The position numbers and the translations under genes are program-made. 64,000 nucleotides of DNA, taken from the NCBI GenBank assembly GCA_001786955.1, contig MFUM01000004.1, positions 4,457 to 68,456 of the forward strand, read 5' to 3'. The notes below the pieces were generated by a model that saw only the letters and a program-made list of their open reading frames with translations, made no database searches and was not told the origin of the DNA. This stretch comes from Candidatus Nomurabacteria bacterium RIFCSPHIGHO2_12_FULL_42_19 (lineage in GTDB: Bacteria; Patescibacteriota; Minisyncoccia; Phycocordibacterales; UBA9973). Shown piece after piece: positions 16,541 to 27,167 of the stretch (its first letter is position 1; the number at the start of each line of letters is the position of its first letter).

Positions 16541-19500
16541 CTTCTCTATTTTTAAATCCGGTTCCGGCCGGAATCAGTCGTCCAATAATGACATTTTCTT
16601 TAAGCCCCCGCAGAAAATCCACTCCGCCTTTAATGGCATTTTCAATCAGGACGCGATTGGTGTTTTGGAATGAAGCGGCCGAGAGCCAGCTCTTGGTGCG
16701 GAGTGATACTTCGGTAATGCCGAGCACTACTGTTTCGGCTTTTGCTTCTTTTCCGTTTAAGTCGGCGACTCTTTGATTTTCTTCTATAAAGGCCGTATTC
16801 TCAACGATATCGCCGATTGAAAAATTAGTTTCACCTGCATCTTTTATTTTTCGCCGAGAAAACATCTGACGAATAATTATTTCCGTATGCTTTCTGGATA
16901 TTGAGGCACTTTGAAGCTCATAAACTTTGTTTATTTCAGTAATGATATATTCTTCAACCAATTCTTTATTGCCCAATTTAAACATTTCGGCAATATCGGC
17001 CGATCCATCGGTCAAAAGCTGTCCTTTTTTTACCTGCTCCCCTATTTTTACGATTGGCATTCTACGGAAAGCCACAGTGTATTCCATCTCGTTTTTCTTG
17101 CCGTCAACCTTGCTGTCAGATAGAATTTTAATTATTTTCTCTTTCCCGTCTTTAGCTTTGATTTCTATTATCTCGCCATCGGTCTCGGAAATAACTGCGG
17201 GATTTTTTGGAATCCTTCTTTCAAATATTTCCTCAACACGCGGCAGACCGGTCGTGATATCGGTTCCCGCCACGCCTCCGGCATGAAAGGTGCGAAGCGT
17301 AAGCTGCGTGCCGGGCTCACCGATAGCTTGAGCCGCGATAATGCCGACAGCCTCGCCTTGTTCCACCAGATGATTGCGCCCCAAATCAAGCCCGTAACAC
17401 ATCACGCAAAGACCGTGCACCGTTTTGCACGTAAGCGGAGAACGGACGAATACTTCCGCAAAACCCGCTCCTTCAATATTGTATGCTTCTTCTTTGGTAA
17501 TCAAAAATCCTTTCTTGTAGATGACCTTGCCGTTTTTGTCTTTAAGGTCGCCTGCGAGTATGCGTCCCCGGATGTTTTTTGAAAGCGGAATTTCAATTCC
17601 GGAAATATTTTCCCTGGTAACTATTTTTCCTTCTTTCGTGCCGCAATCCTCTTCGGTAATCACAACATCCTGCGCCACATCCACCAATCTTCGAGTCAAA
17701 TACCCGGCTTTCGCGGTGTTAAGCGCCGTGTCGGAAGCGCCTTTTCTGGCGCCATGAGTGATAACGAAATATTCAATCGGGGAAAGTCCTTCTTGATAGC
17801 AAGGAATAATCGGAAATTCCAGTGTCTTGCCCTGGTTATTTTGAATAAGACCAATCATGCCTATCATTTGTACTAGAGAACTCATCGTACCGCGGGCTCC
17901 GGAAGTAACCAAGTCAAAGGTAGAGCCATTCTGGTCAAGAGTGCCTGGCAGGACTTTTTCCAAATCTCTCTTGGTATGGGTCCAGATTTCAATAATTTTC
18001 TGGTATTTTTCTTCTTCGGAAAGCAAACCTTCGCTCCATTGGGCCAATACTGCTTCTTCCAGTTTTTTACCTTGTTCTATAATCTTCGGCTTTAAGGGAG
18101 AAACCTCCACATTGTCCAATCCCCAAGTAGTGCCGGAAACTGTCGAGTATTTGAAGCCGAATTCCTTGATTTTATCCAGAATAGGAGGAGTATTGTCCAC
18201 GCCGCAGTGTATGATAAGCTCGTCCAAGAGCGAGGATAATCTTTTTTGGTTCATTTCATCGTTCACGTAGGTAAAATCGTTAGGCAAAATGCTGTTGAAA
18301 AGAAGTTTCCCCACAGAGGTCTCAAAAATTCCCCCGTCAAACTTTCTATATTTGTGCGTATCGGTCGCGAGAACTTTTATTTTGGCGCGCAGAGACACAA
18401 CTCCGTAATCATGGGCGGTAATAGCGGTATTCGGACTGGAAAAATATTTTCCTTCTCCTTTTTCCCCATCGACAGATTTGGTCATCCAATAAGCCCCTAG
18501 GACAATATCCCGGCTTGAATGTACTATCGGGTCTCCATTTTGCGGCTTGAGCAGGTTTTTATTGGCTGCCATTAATTCTCTGGCTTCCCATTGCGCTTCC
18601 TCAAGAAGCGGAACATAGACAGCCATCTGGTCTCCATCGAAGTCAGCGTTGAAAGCCTGGCAAACCAGGGGATGCACCTGAATAGCGTTGCCTTCAATTA
18701 AAATCGGATTAAAAGCCTGAATACCCAAGCGATGCAGGGTCGGCGCGCGGTTGAGCAGCACATATTTTCCCTGAATGACTTCTTCCAACATCGCCCAGAC
18801 TTCTCCGGTCCTCTCTTCTATAAGCTTGTTGGCTCCGCGGATATTGAATGCAAGTTCCGCCTGTAGAATTTTTGAAATTACGAATGGCCGGAAAAGCTCG
18901 AGCGCCATATGCTTCGGCAATCCGCATTGGTTGAGCTTGAGCTGGGGACCGACGACGATAACCGAGCGTCCCGAATAGTCTACGCGCTTTCCCAGCAAAT
19001 TCTGGCGAAAGAGGCCTTGTTTTGACTTTAGATTATCCGACAGGGATTTCAAGGGGCGTTTTTGGGACTGACTCATCGCCGCCGAATCGTTCTGCTTGGC
19101 AATCGAGTTGTCAATCAATGCGTCAACGGCTTCCTGAATGATTCTTTTTTCGTTTCGTAAAATTACATCCGGGGCATTAATTTCTTTCAATTTTTTCAAG
19201 CGATTGTTTCTATTTATCACCCGGCGATAAAGATCGTTCAAATCGGAAGTTGCGTGCCTGCCCCCGTCGAGAGCCACCATCGGGCGAAGTACCGGCGGAA
19301 TAACCGGAATAACCGTTAGAAACATCCATTCCGGCCTGATTCCCGCGTAAGTCATCGCGCGGATAAGGGAGAGCCTTTTTTGCAGTTTTTCTTTTTCAGC
19401 CGCGCTCGCTTTTTCCGCCATCTTCTCCGTGAGATGTTTTAATTTGTTTAAATCAAGATTCTTAAAAATAGAATAAATCGCCTCGGCACCGATATTGGCT

Positions 19501-20129
19501 TCAAAACAAGTACCGTATTTCAAAGAGTAATGATGGAAGGAAATTTCGTTCAATACTTTACCTTCGTAAATTTCTCCGATTTCTTTCTTGGTGATGGAAA
19601 GCAAAGTTTTCAGCTTCTCGCGGATGTCGTCATCAGCCGAATTTTTTAATTTGGTTTTATATTCCTTGTCCAGACCCGACAGAATATTTTCTTTTTCCTC
19701 TTCGTGAACCTTGGTAATGATATATCCGGCAAAATAGATTACTTTTTCAAGATCGGAAACGGAAATATTCAGGAGAATGCTCATGCGGGAAGGCACTCCG
19801 CGCAGAAACCAAATATGCGAGACCGGAGTGGAGAGCTCAATGTGTCCCATGCGCTCCCGGCGCACGATAGAGCGCGTAACTTCGACTCCGCATTTTTCGC
19901 AAATGATGTCTTTGTAGCGAATTCGGCGGTATTTTCCGCAGTAACATTCATAATCTTTTTCCGGTCCGAAGATTTTCTCATCAAAAAGGCCTCCGCGCTC
20001 GGACCGTCCGGTGCGGTAATTTATTGTTTCCGGTTTGGTAACTTCCCCAAAAGACCATTCTTTTATCTGCTCCGGAGACGCGAGCCGGAGCGCGATGCGG
20101 TCAAATTCAGTTGTGTTGAGAGTTTTCAT
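16521..20129 (-). CDS. rpoC: DNA-directed RNA polymerase subunit beta'
   Basis: Zinc finger [23 protein letters not shown] and the NADFDGDQM catalytic motif are present. 1202 aa. Confidence 0.97.
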
Positions 20130-20135
20130 ATTTTT

Positions 20136-23100
20136 TTATTTATCTCCGGATTTTTTTAAATCGACATCAAGCGCAAGACCTCGCAGATAATTCAAGAGCA
20201 CATTGAAGGACGCGGGAGAATTTGGCGGCCTAATTTTTTCATTTTTGATAATGGAATCAAATGTCTGAGAACGGCCTAAGATATCGTCGGATTTGATGGT
20301 AAGCATTTCGCGCAAAGTATAAGCCGCGCCATAGCCTTCAAGCGCCCAGACTTCCATTTCTCCGAATCTCTGTCCCCCGCCCTGAGCTTTTCCGCCCAAA
20401 GGCTGCTGAGTAATAAGCGAATAAGGTCCGATGGAACGCATGTGAATCTTGTCTTCCACCATGTGGTGCAATTTGAGCATATACATATAGCCCACAGCCA
20501 CATCCTGCTGGAAAGCCTCTCCGGTACGGCCGTCAAAAAGTTTTAATTTCCCATTCTCCGGCAACCCGGCTTTAATCAATTCTTCTTTTATTTCTTCATG
20601 CCGCGCCCCCAAGAATGGCGGAACAATAGCCTGATAGCCGAGACTGTTGGCAGCCATGCCTAAGTGCATTTCCAAAATCTGCCCCAAATTCATGCGGGAA
20701 GGAACGCCGAGTGGAGTCAGGATAATATCAATCGGGGTTCCGTCTTCCGCGTAAGGCATGTCTTCTTCGGGAAGAATGGTTGAAATGACTCCTTTATTCC
20801 CGTGCCTTCCGGAAAGCTTGTCCCCGACTGAAATATTCCTGATCTGCGCGACTTCAACCACGATTTTTTTGATGATTCCGGCTTCAAGCGCATGCCCTAA
20901 ATCACGGGAGAAAATCTTTACGCCAATAATGCGCCCGCGCTTGCCATGTTCCATACGGAGCGACGTATCTTTCACGTCGCGCGCTTTCTCGGCAAAAATT
21001 GAACGAAGGAGCCGCTCTTCCGGGGTAAGCTCGGTCTCGCCTTTGGGGGTAATCTTGCCAACCAAAATATCATTTTCCCGGACTTCCGCGCCGATGCGGA
21101 CAATGCCGTCTTCGTCGAGATCTTTCAATTTTAATTCGCCGACATTCGGTATGTCGCGGGTGGTTATTTCGGGCCCGAGCTTGGTATCGCGGACCACGCA
21201 GGTAAATTCTTCAACATAAACGGAAGTGAATTTGCTATTTTTAACCAGGCGCTCGGAAACAATTATCGCGTCTTCGTAGTTGGATCCGGACCAGGACAAA
21301 AAAGCCACAAAAATATTTTGCCCGAGAGAAATCTGCCCATTTACCGTGCTGCTGGTATCTGCCAATATATCGCCTTTCTTCACTTTATCGCCTACGTTCG
21401 GGAGTGGGCGTTGATGAAAGACTGCAAAATTGTTATTTCTCAGAAAATTAATCAAGTTGTAAATTTTTTCTGTTTTTCCCTTGACGACTATTTTTTTTGC
21501 ATCTAAATAAGAAACAACCCCGTCTTCCAGGCAGATAACCAGCCGGCCTGAATCGCGCGAGGCCGATTCTTCAACGCCGGTTGCTACAAGTGGAGCCTCC
21601 GGAAGAACGCAGGGCACAGCCTGTTTCTGCATATTGGATCCCATCAGGGCACGGTTCGCGTTATTGTGTTCTAGAAATGGAATCATTGAGGTCGCGATAG
21701 AGAAAGCCTGGTTGGGGGCAACGTCGATAAAATCAATCTGGTCGCGGGAAACTCGTCCTGGTTCGGTTTTAATTCTGGCTTCCACTTTTTCCTCGGTTAT
21801 TTTCCCATTTTCGTCATAAGGAATTCCGGCGTGCGCGATGTTGTACTTTTCTTCTTCCAGCGCGTTCAAATACACAATCTCGCTGGTAATCTTCCCGTTT
21901 TTAACTTTTGCATAAGGGGTTTCAATAATTCCGAAATCATTTATTTTGGCATAGGTGGAAAGATGAAGAATAAGCCCGATGTTCGGGCCTTCCGGAGTAT
22001 GAATCGGACAGACTCTTCCGTAGTGCGAAGGATGCACATCGCGCACCTCCAGTCCGGCGCGCTCACGAGTAAGACCTCCGGGTCCCAGGGCGGAGAGAGT
22101 GCGCAAATGCTCTATTTCATAAAGTACATTTTCCTGCGCCATGAATTGCGAAAGCTGGTTAGTGGTAAAAAATTCCTTGATGCGGGCCTGTAGCGGCCGC
22201 TGGTTGATAATCTGAATCGGCATTGCCGTGTCAACGTCAATAATGGACATGCGGTCTTGAATATTCCTTTTAATCTGCATCATGCCGGTGCGCACTTTTT
22301 GCTGAAGTATTTCTCCGACAAAACGCACGCGTCTCTGGCCTAAATGATCTATGTCGTCGGCTTTTGCTCCGGGAGTATTGTTTAAAATAATGATATTAGA
22401 AATTACGGTCACTAAATCTTCCTTGGAAATAGTTCGGCGGGCGAGTTCCATTTCGTCCATCGATTTTAGAAAACGCTGATTAAATCTGAACCGTCCAACC
22501 GGGGAAAGGTCATAACGTTCCGCGGTAAACAAGGAATTGATAAATTCTTTGGCATTGTCAGCGGTTGCCATGTCGCCGTCCCGGAGACGCTTGTAGATTT
22601 CAATATATGCATCATTCAAGCTTCCTTCTTTATCTTTGGAAAGAGAATCTTTAATAGTTTTTTCCGCAACAGAATTTTTCTCAAATGCTTTTAGAATCAT
22701 TTCGTTCGTTTCATAACCCATAGTGCGCAAAAACGTTGTCGCAGGAAATTTTCTCTTTTTGTCTATTCTTATATAAATTCCCCCATCCGCTTCCGATTCT
22801 ATTTCAATCCAAACTCCGCGAGCCGGAATAATTTTTGCGCCGAAATATTTTTGACCCTTGCTTTCAGATTCGGTGAAAAAAACTCCGAAGGACCGTGCGA
22901 GTTGCGGCACGATAACGCGCTCTACTCCGTTTATAATGAAAGTCCCGTGCGAAGTCATCAAAGGAAGCTCTGACATGAAAATCTCCTGCTCTTTAACAGT
23001 ACCTAAAATTTTATTGGTCAGTCGGACCCGCGCTTTAAGCAATCCTTGATGGGAAAGCTTGTTTATTTTAGAATTATTTTCGTCGGATTTGGACTCACTA

Positions 23101-23318
23101 AGAGAAAAAGAAGTGAATTCCAGTTGAAACTTTTTTCCGGAGTAATCTGCGATTGGAGAAAATTCTTTAAAAACTTCCCCGATACCCTGTTCAATCAGCC
23201 ATTTGAAACTTTTTAACTGAGCTTCAATCAAATTCGGAAATTCCACCAAGGGTTTTTTGTATCTGGAAAAGTACTTTTTGGGACGCTTTGTTTCTACGTG
23301 CATATTGATTGAGTCCAA
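20136..23318 (-). CDS. rpoB: DNA-directed RNA polymerase subunit beta
   Basis: Conserved beta-subunit blocks (GRHGNKGV, EMEVWALEGYGAA). 1060 aa. Immediately upstream of rpoC. Confidence 0.97.
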   Translation of the reverse strand: MDSINMHVETKRPKKYFSRYKKPLVEFPNLIEAQLKSFKWLIEQGIGEVFKEFSPIADYSGKKFQLEFTSFSLSESKSDENNSKINKLSHQGLLKARVRLTNKILGTVKEQEIFMSELPLMTSHGTFIINGVERVIVPQLARSFGVFFTESESKGQKYFGAKIIPARGVWIEIESEADGGIYIRIDKKRKFPATTFLRTMGYETNEMILKAFEKNSVAEKTIKDSLSKDKEGSLNDAYIEIYKRLRDGDMATADNAKEFINSLFTAERYDLSPVGRFRFNQRFLKSMDEMELARRTISKEDLVTVISNIIILNNTPGAKADDIDHLGQRRVRFVGEILQQKVRTGMMQIKRNIQDRMSIIDVDTAMPIQIINQRPLQARIKEFFTTNQLSQFMAQENVLYEIEHLRTLSALGPGGLTRERAGLEVRDVHPSHYGRVCPIHTPEGPNIGLILHLSTYAKINDFGIIETPYAKVKNGKITSEIVYLNALEEEKYNIAHAGIPYDENGKITEEKVEARIKTEPGRVSRDQIDFIDVAPNQAFSIATSMIPFLEHNNANRALMGSNMQKQAVPCVLPEAPLVATGVEESASRDSGRLVICLEDGVVSYLDAKKIVVKGKTEKIYNLINFLRNNNFAVFHQRPLPNVGDKVKKGDILADTSSTVNGQISLGQNIFVAFLSWSGSNYEDAIIVSERLVKNSKFTSVYVEEFTCVVRDTKLGPEITTRDIPNVGELKLKDLDEDGIVRIGAEVRENDILVGKITPKGETELTPEERLLRSIFAEKARDVKDTSLRMEHGKRGRIIGVKIFSRDLGHALEAGIIKKIVVEVAQIRNISVGDKLSGRHGNKGVISTILPEEDMPYAEDGTPIDIILTPLGVPSRMNLGQILEMHLGMAANSLGYQAIVPPFLGARHEEIKEELIKAGLPENGKLKLFDGRTGEAFQQDVAVGYMYMLKLHHMVEDKIHMRSIGPYSLITQQPLGGKAQGGGQRFGEMEVWALEGYGAAYTLREMLTIKSDDILGRSQTFDSIIKNEKIRPPNSPASFNVLLNYLRGLALDVDLKKSGDK

Positions 23319-23501
23319 ATAAAAGAAAATAAACGAAAGAAAAACATACGAGGAAATGCTTTTCTCTAGCTTCTTTAGATTTATTTAGATATGATTAAGT
23401 TAAAACCTTGTAATATATACACAGGATTGCATCCGATACTCAATCAATGAATCTCAGCCACCTTACTCCTTTTCAACTTTTTTGTCAACTAAAACTGGGG
23501 A

Positions 23502-24236
23502 TTATCTATTTTTCTTCCATTCCTCTATTTTTTTGTGGTTTCCAGAGAGTAAAACTTTCGGAACTTTGTAATTTTTATTCTTATATTTTAAAACTTCCGG
23601 GCGGGTGTAAACTTCACTACTAGAGACTCGTTCTTCTTCTAGTGATTCATATTTACCCAAAACCCTGGGAATCTGGCGAGAAATTGAGTCTATTAAAACC
23701 ATCGCCGGTAATTCGCCTCCGGTTAAGACATAATCCCCTATTGAAATATCTTCTGCCTTAAATATCTTTTTGACCCGCATATCTATGCCTTCATAACGGC
23801 CGGAAATCAAAATAATATCGGTGTATTTTTTTACGGAATTTTTTGCATATGCCGTATTAAATTTTTTACCGGATGGAGAAAAATTTATTATTTTAATTCT
23901 AGAGCGTTTAGAAAGTGTTCTTGCGAATGGTTGACGTTGCGTAGTAGGAAATCCTGAGCGAGAACACTTTCTAAGAGCGTATTCAATAGCCTTTAGCATC
24001 GGCTCGGCTCTCATCACCATTCCCGGCCCTCCGCCGTAAGGCTTATCATCTACCGGGCGATACCCATTGTCTTTAACCCTCCTCCGCTTAAAAGCTTCGG
24101 ACGGGCGAGTAAAATCCCGCGGATTGTAAAATTTCACTTCTATCAGCTTGTTCTTCAGAGCCCGTCCGACAATAGACTCATTTAGGTATGAACTGAACAT
24201 TTCTGGGAATATGGTAATAATGTGAAATTTAATCAT
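23502..24236 (-). CDS. trmD: tRNA (guanine37-N1)-methyltransferase
   Basis: MIKFHIITIFPEMF... and a SPOUT fold. 244 aa. Confidence 0.85.
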   Translation of the reverse strand: MIKFHIITIFPEMFSSYLNESIVGRALKNKLIEVKFYNPRDFTRPSEAFKRRRVKDNGYRPVDDKPYGGGPGMVMRAEPMLKAIEYALRKCSRSGFPTTQRQPFARTLSKRSRIKIINFSPSGKKFNTAYAKNSVKKYTDIILISGRYEGIDMRVKKIFKAEDISIGDYVLTGGELPAMVLIDSISRQIPRVLGKYESLEEERVSSSEVYTRPEVLKYKNKNYKVPKVLLSGNHKKIEEWKKNR

Positions 24237-24312
24237 AAAAAATTGCTTTGCCCGTCCGTAGCTTTAGCGAAGGAGGGTAATTATATGAAAACGCATTTTT
24301 ATATTATATTAC

Positions 24313-24343
24313 AAAACCCCGCTTTAGGCGGGGTTTTGTTTCA
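24313..24343 (-). terminator. Intrinsic terminator hairpin (aaaaccccgc-ttta-ggcggggtttt) after the rpsP-KH pair
   Basis: 8-bp GC stem with U tracts on both strands. Confidence 0.55.
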
Positions 24344-24347
24344 AAAA

Positions 24348-24689
24348 CTAGATTCCCTTAAGGTCTTCCATTGCTTGGTCCACAGTCTTGAGCGTTGGGG
24401 CGGAACTCATTGATCCCGCGGGTCTCTCGGGTCTCATACTCCCCGCCGGTTCGTTGATTTTCAGATTCACACGGGCATTGTTCTTCATGCCAATAATGCG
24501 GAGCAAGGTGCGGATAGCCTTCGCAGTATTACCCATCCTTCCGATAATCTTGCCCATGTCGGCAGGATTTACGGTAAGACTGATGAGCACACCCATTTCA
24601 TCCACCGTGCGATCGATTTTTACATCGTTCGGATTGTCTACGAGAGCTTTTACTACATACTCTAGAAATATCTTGTCGGCTTCTTCCAT
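24348..24689 (-). CDS. KH-domain RNA-binding protein (YlqC/UPF0109 family)
   Basis: GKIIGRMGNTAKAIR is a KH GXXG loop. Position between rpsP and trmD is conserved. The C-terminus carries a tandem PAGSM-RPER-PAGSM duplication. Confidence 0.75.
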   Translation of the reverse strand: MEEADKIFLEYVVKALVDNPNDVKIDRTVDEMGVLISLTVNPADMGKIIGRMGNTAKAIRTLLRIIGMKNNARVNLKINEPAGSMRPERPAGSMSSAPTLKTVDQAMEDLKGI

Positions 24690-24771
24690 ATGTGTTTCAG
24701 AATTTTATATTTTTAATCTAACTTTGCAGTGTTACGACCTGACATGCTGCCATACCTGTAATTATACGAAA

Positions 24772-25080
24772 TTATTTTTTCATTTTCAACTCCTTTCTCT
24801 TTAGTGTCGGCTTCTTTTTCGGCAGCACATTAACTTTTTTCCCTTCAATGACCTTGTCGTGCACCAAGAAATTATGCATCGTGTCAGAACATTTCGCGCC
24901 TTGGGAAATCCAATACTTTATCCGGTCAGCTATCAAGTTTTTCTCCCCGGCTTTTGGATTATAGGTGCCGAGTATTTCCAAAAACTTTCCACTCTTGGTG
25001 CTATTTTTTGAATCGGTCAAAACAGCCCGAAATGACGGATCATTTTTCCTGCCTATTCTCTGAAGCCTTATCTTTAACAT
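24772..25080 (-). CDS. rpsP: 30S ribosomal protein S16
   Basis: MLKIRLQRIGRKNDPSFRAV... is present. Confidence 0.9.
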   Translation of the reverse strand: MLKIRLQRIGRKNDPSFRAVLTDSKNSTKSGKFLEILGTYNPKAGEKNLIADRIKYWISQGAKCSDTMHNFLVHDKVIEGKKVNVLPKKKPTLKRKELKMKK

Positions 25081-25145
25081 GCAGTGAGTCTAACATAAAT
25101 TATATAAAATGCAATCCGCCCCTATTTTATGCTATATTTAAAAGA

Positions 25146-27167
25146 ATGAAGGAATCTAAAAACAAATTGCAAGGTATTATTTCCATCTCTTCAAAAGGCA
25201 CAGGCTATGTGGCAACCGGAGAAGTGAAGAATAAGGGCCAGGACCCGGAAATTGATTTCCAGCATTTAAATACCGCCCTGCACGGAGATATGGTAGAGAT
25301 AATCTTGCACCCGAAAGGTAAAAATCGCCAAACTGCTGAAGTTTCAAAAATAATATCGCGCGCAAAAATGAATTTCGCGGGAGTTCTGGAAGAAGAAAAC
25401 AAAATGTTCTTCCTGAAACCGGACGATACAAAAATGTATACAGATATTCTAATCCCAACCAAGTTTTTAAATAATGCGAAAGTTGGACAAAAGGTTTTTG
25501 TGGAAATAATTTCATGGAAAGATCCCCACAAGGCTCCGGAAGGAAAAGTAATAAAAGTTTTAGGCCGTCCGGGAGACAATGATACTGAAATGGAAAGTAT
25601 TGCGATAGAAAAAGGCTTTGATGCGAAACTTCCGCATAAAGTGGAAGAAGAAGCAAGGAAAATAAAGCAAAACGGCATTAAAGAAACCGACTATGCCGGA
25701 CGCAGAGATTTTCGCAAAACCCTGACCTTCACTATTGACCCCTCGGATGCGAAAGATTTTGATGATGCGATATCTTTCAGATTCCTCCCCTCCTTAAATA
25801 AGGAGGGGGCAGGGGGTGGTAATTCAAAAGACCACCCCGCCTCCGGCACCCCTCCTAAAAAAGGAGGGGAAGAGCAATATGAAGTCGGCATACACATCGC
25901 CGATGTCTCGCATTATGTAAAAATCGGCAGTGCTTTAGATGAAGAAGCGCGAGAAAGAGGAACTTCGGTATATTTGGTAGATAGGACGATACCAATGCTG
26001 CCGGAAACGCTTTCTAATGATTTGTGCTCTCTGGTGCCAAATAAAGACCGGCTTACTATGAGCGCAGTATTTATCATAGATAAAAATGCTCATGTAAAAA
26101 GCAAATGGTTCGGGCGCACGGTTATACATTCAAAAAAAAGATTTACTTACGAAGAAGCCGAGGAGTTAATAAAAAAATCCGCTGCGCCGTTCCATAAAGA
26201 ACTTTTTATCTTGAACAGCTTGGCAAAAAAATTAACCGGGGAAAGATTTGCGCAGGGCGCAATATCGCTTGACCAGGAAGAAGTAAAATTTGTTTTGGAT
26301 AAAAATGGAGTGCCGTTGAAAGTAATAAAAAAAGAGCGCGGCGATTCAAACAGGCTGATTGAGGAATTTATGCTCCTGGCAAATAAAAAAGTGGCGGAGG
26401 TCTTGTCTCCAAAAAATATAAAGGGTGTGAAAGATGAAGGCGTATCCATATACCGAGTGCACGATCTGCCGAGTAAGGAAAAAATGGCCGATCTGGCGTT
26501 TTTTTTGCGAAGTTTGGGACATAGAGTCTCCTTGCAGAACGGCCTTATCCCGACATATGAAATAAATAAGCTTCTAGAGAGTTTGGCCGGCAAAAATGAA
26601 GAAGATACGGTGCATCGCGCAGTTATCCGTTCTATGGCTAAAGCGCTTTATTCCACCAAAAATATCGGGCATTACGGTCTGGCTTTTCAATATTATACTC
26701 ACTTCACTTCCCCGATTAGGCGCTATCCGGACATCATGGTGCACAGACTTCTGGAAAAATTCCTCTCTGGCAAAAAAATAAAAAAGGAGGATTTAAAAGA
26801 GAAATTAATCGAATATGAAAAAATCGCCCTAAATGCATCCGAACAGGAAAAACGCGCCGCAGATGCCGAACGAGCTTCCATAAAATATAAACAAGTGGAA
26901 TATATGTCCAGATATCTGGGAAAAAGCTTCGACGGGGTAATCAGCGGGATAACCGAGTGGGGCATGTATGTGGAAGAACTAGAGACAAAATGCGAAGGTT
27001 TGGTGCGGGTACGTGATATGAATGACGATTTTTATATTTTCAATGAAAAAAAATTGGAATTAACCGGACAAAAAAAGAAAAAAAAGTACAGGCTCGGCGG
27101 CCGTGTCAAAATAAAAGTAAAATCGGTTGATTTGGAGAGAAAAACGATAGATTATATATTGACATGA
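25146..27167 (+). CDS. rnr: Ribonuclease R (RNB-family 3'-5' exoribonuclease with C-terminal S1 domain)
   Basis: RNB catalytic region (HIADVSHYV, DR..PMLPE) and a C-terminal S1 domain are present. The ATG at 25146 is the likely start, since the ORF-track start overlaps rpsP. It carries an in-frame family-A repeat insertion. Confidence 0.85.
   Translation: MKESKNKLQGIISISSKGTGYVATGEVKNKGQDPEIDFQHLNTALHGDMVEIILHPKGKNRQTAEVSKIISRAKMNFAGVLEEENKMFFLKPDDTKMYTDILIPTKFLNNAKVGQKVFVEIISWKDPHKAPEGKVIKVLGRPGDNDTEMESIAIEKGFDAKLPHKVEEEARKIKQNGIKETDYAGRRDFRKTLTFTIDPSDAKDFDDAISFRFLPSLNKEGAGGGNSKDHPASGTPPKKGGEEQYEVGIHIADVSHYVKIGSALDEEARERGTSVYLVDRTIPMLPETLSNDLCSLVPNKDRLTMSAVFIIDKNAHVKSKWFGRTVIHSKKRFTYEEAEELIKKSAAPFHKELFILNSLAKKLTGERFAQGAISLDQEEVKFVLDKNGVPLKVIKKERGDSNRLIEEFMLLANKKVAEVLSPKNIKGVKDEGVSIYRVHDLPSKEKMADLAFFLRSLGHRVSLQNGLIPTYEINKLLESLAGKNEEDTVHRAVIRSMAKALYSTKNIGHYGLAFQYYTHFTSPIRRYPDIMVHRLLEKFLSGKKIKKEDLKEKLIEYEKIALNASEQEKRAADAERASIKYKQVEYMSRYLGKSFDGVISGITEWGMYVEELETKCEGLVRVRDMNDDFYIFNEKKLELTGQKKKKKYRLGGRVKIKVKSVDLERKTIDYILT
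25781..25878. repeat. GC-rich palindromic element, family A (double unit: cctcccctccttaaataaggaggggg ... cacccctcctaaaaaaggagggg), in frame inside rnr
   Basis: Shares an identical 22-nt core (accaccccctgccccctcctta, reverse complement) with the element in pheS. The encoded peptide is LNKEGAGGGNSK. Confidence 0.65.

Noticed and set aside
16911-19984. Numerous 60-150 aa ORFs on the plus strand inside rpoC, and similarly inside rpoB at 20276-23049
   Set aside because: These are shadow ORFs antisense to very long, highly conserved genes. They have no independent signals.
24222-24413. Small plus-strand ORF with a strong Shine-Dalgarno (gaaggagggtaattatATG at 24276) between trmD and the KH gene
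   Set aside because: The 46-codon frame runs through the terminator hairpin of the convergent operon and overlaps the KH gene 3' end. It is most likely a chance SD-like sequence in an AT-rich spacer. Ribosome profiling could revive it.
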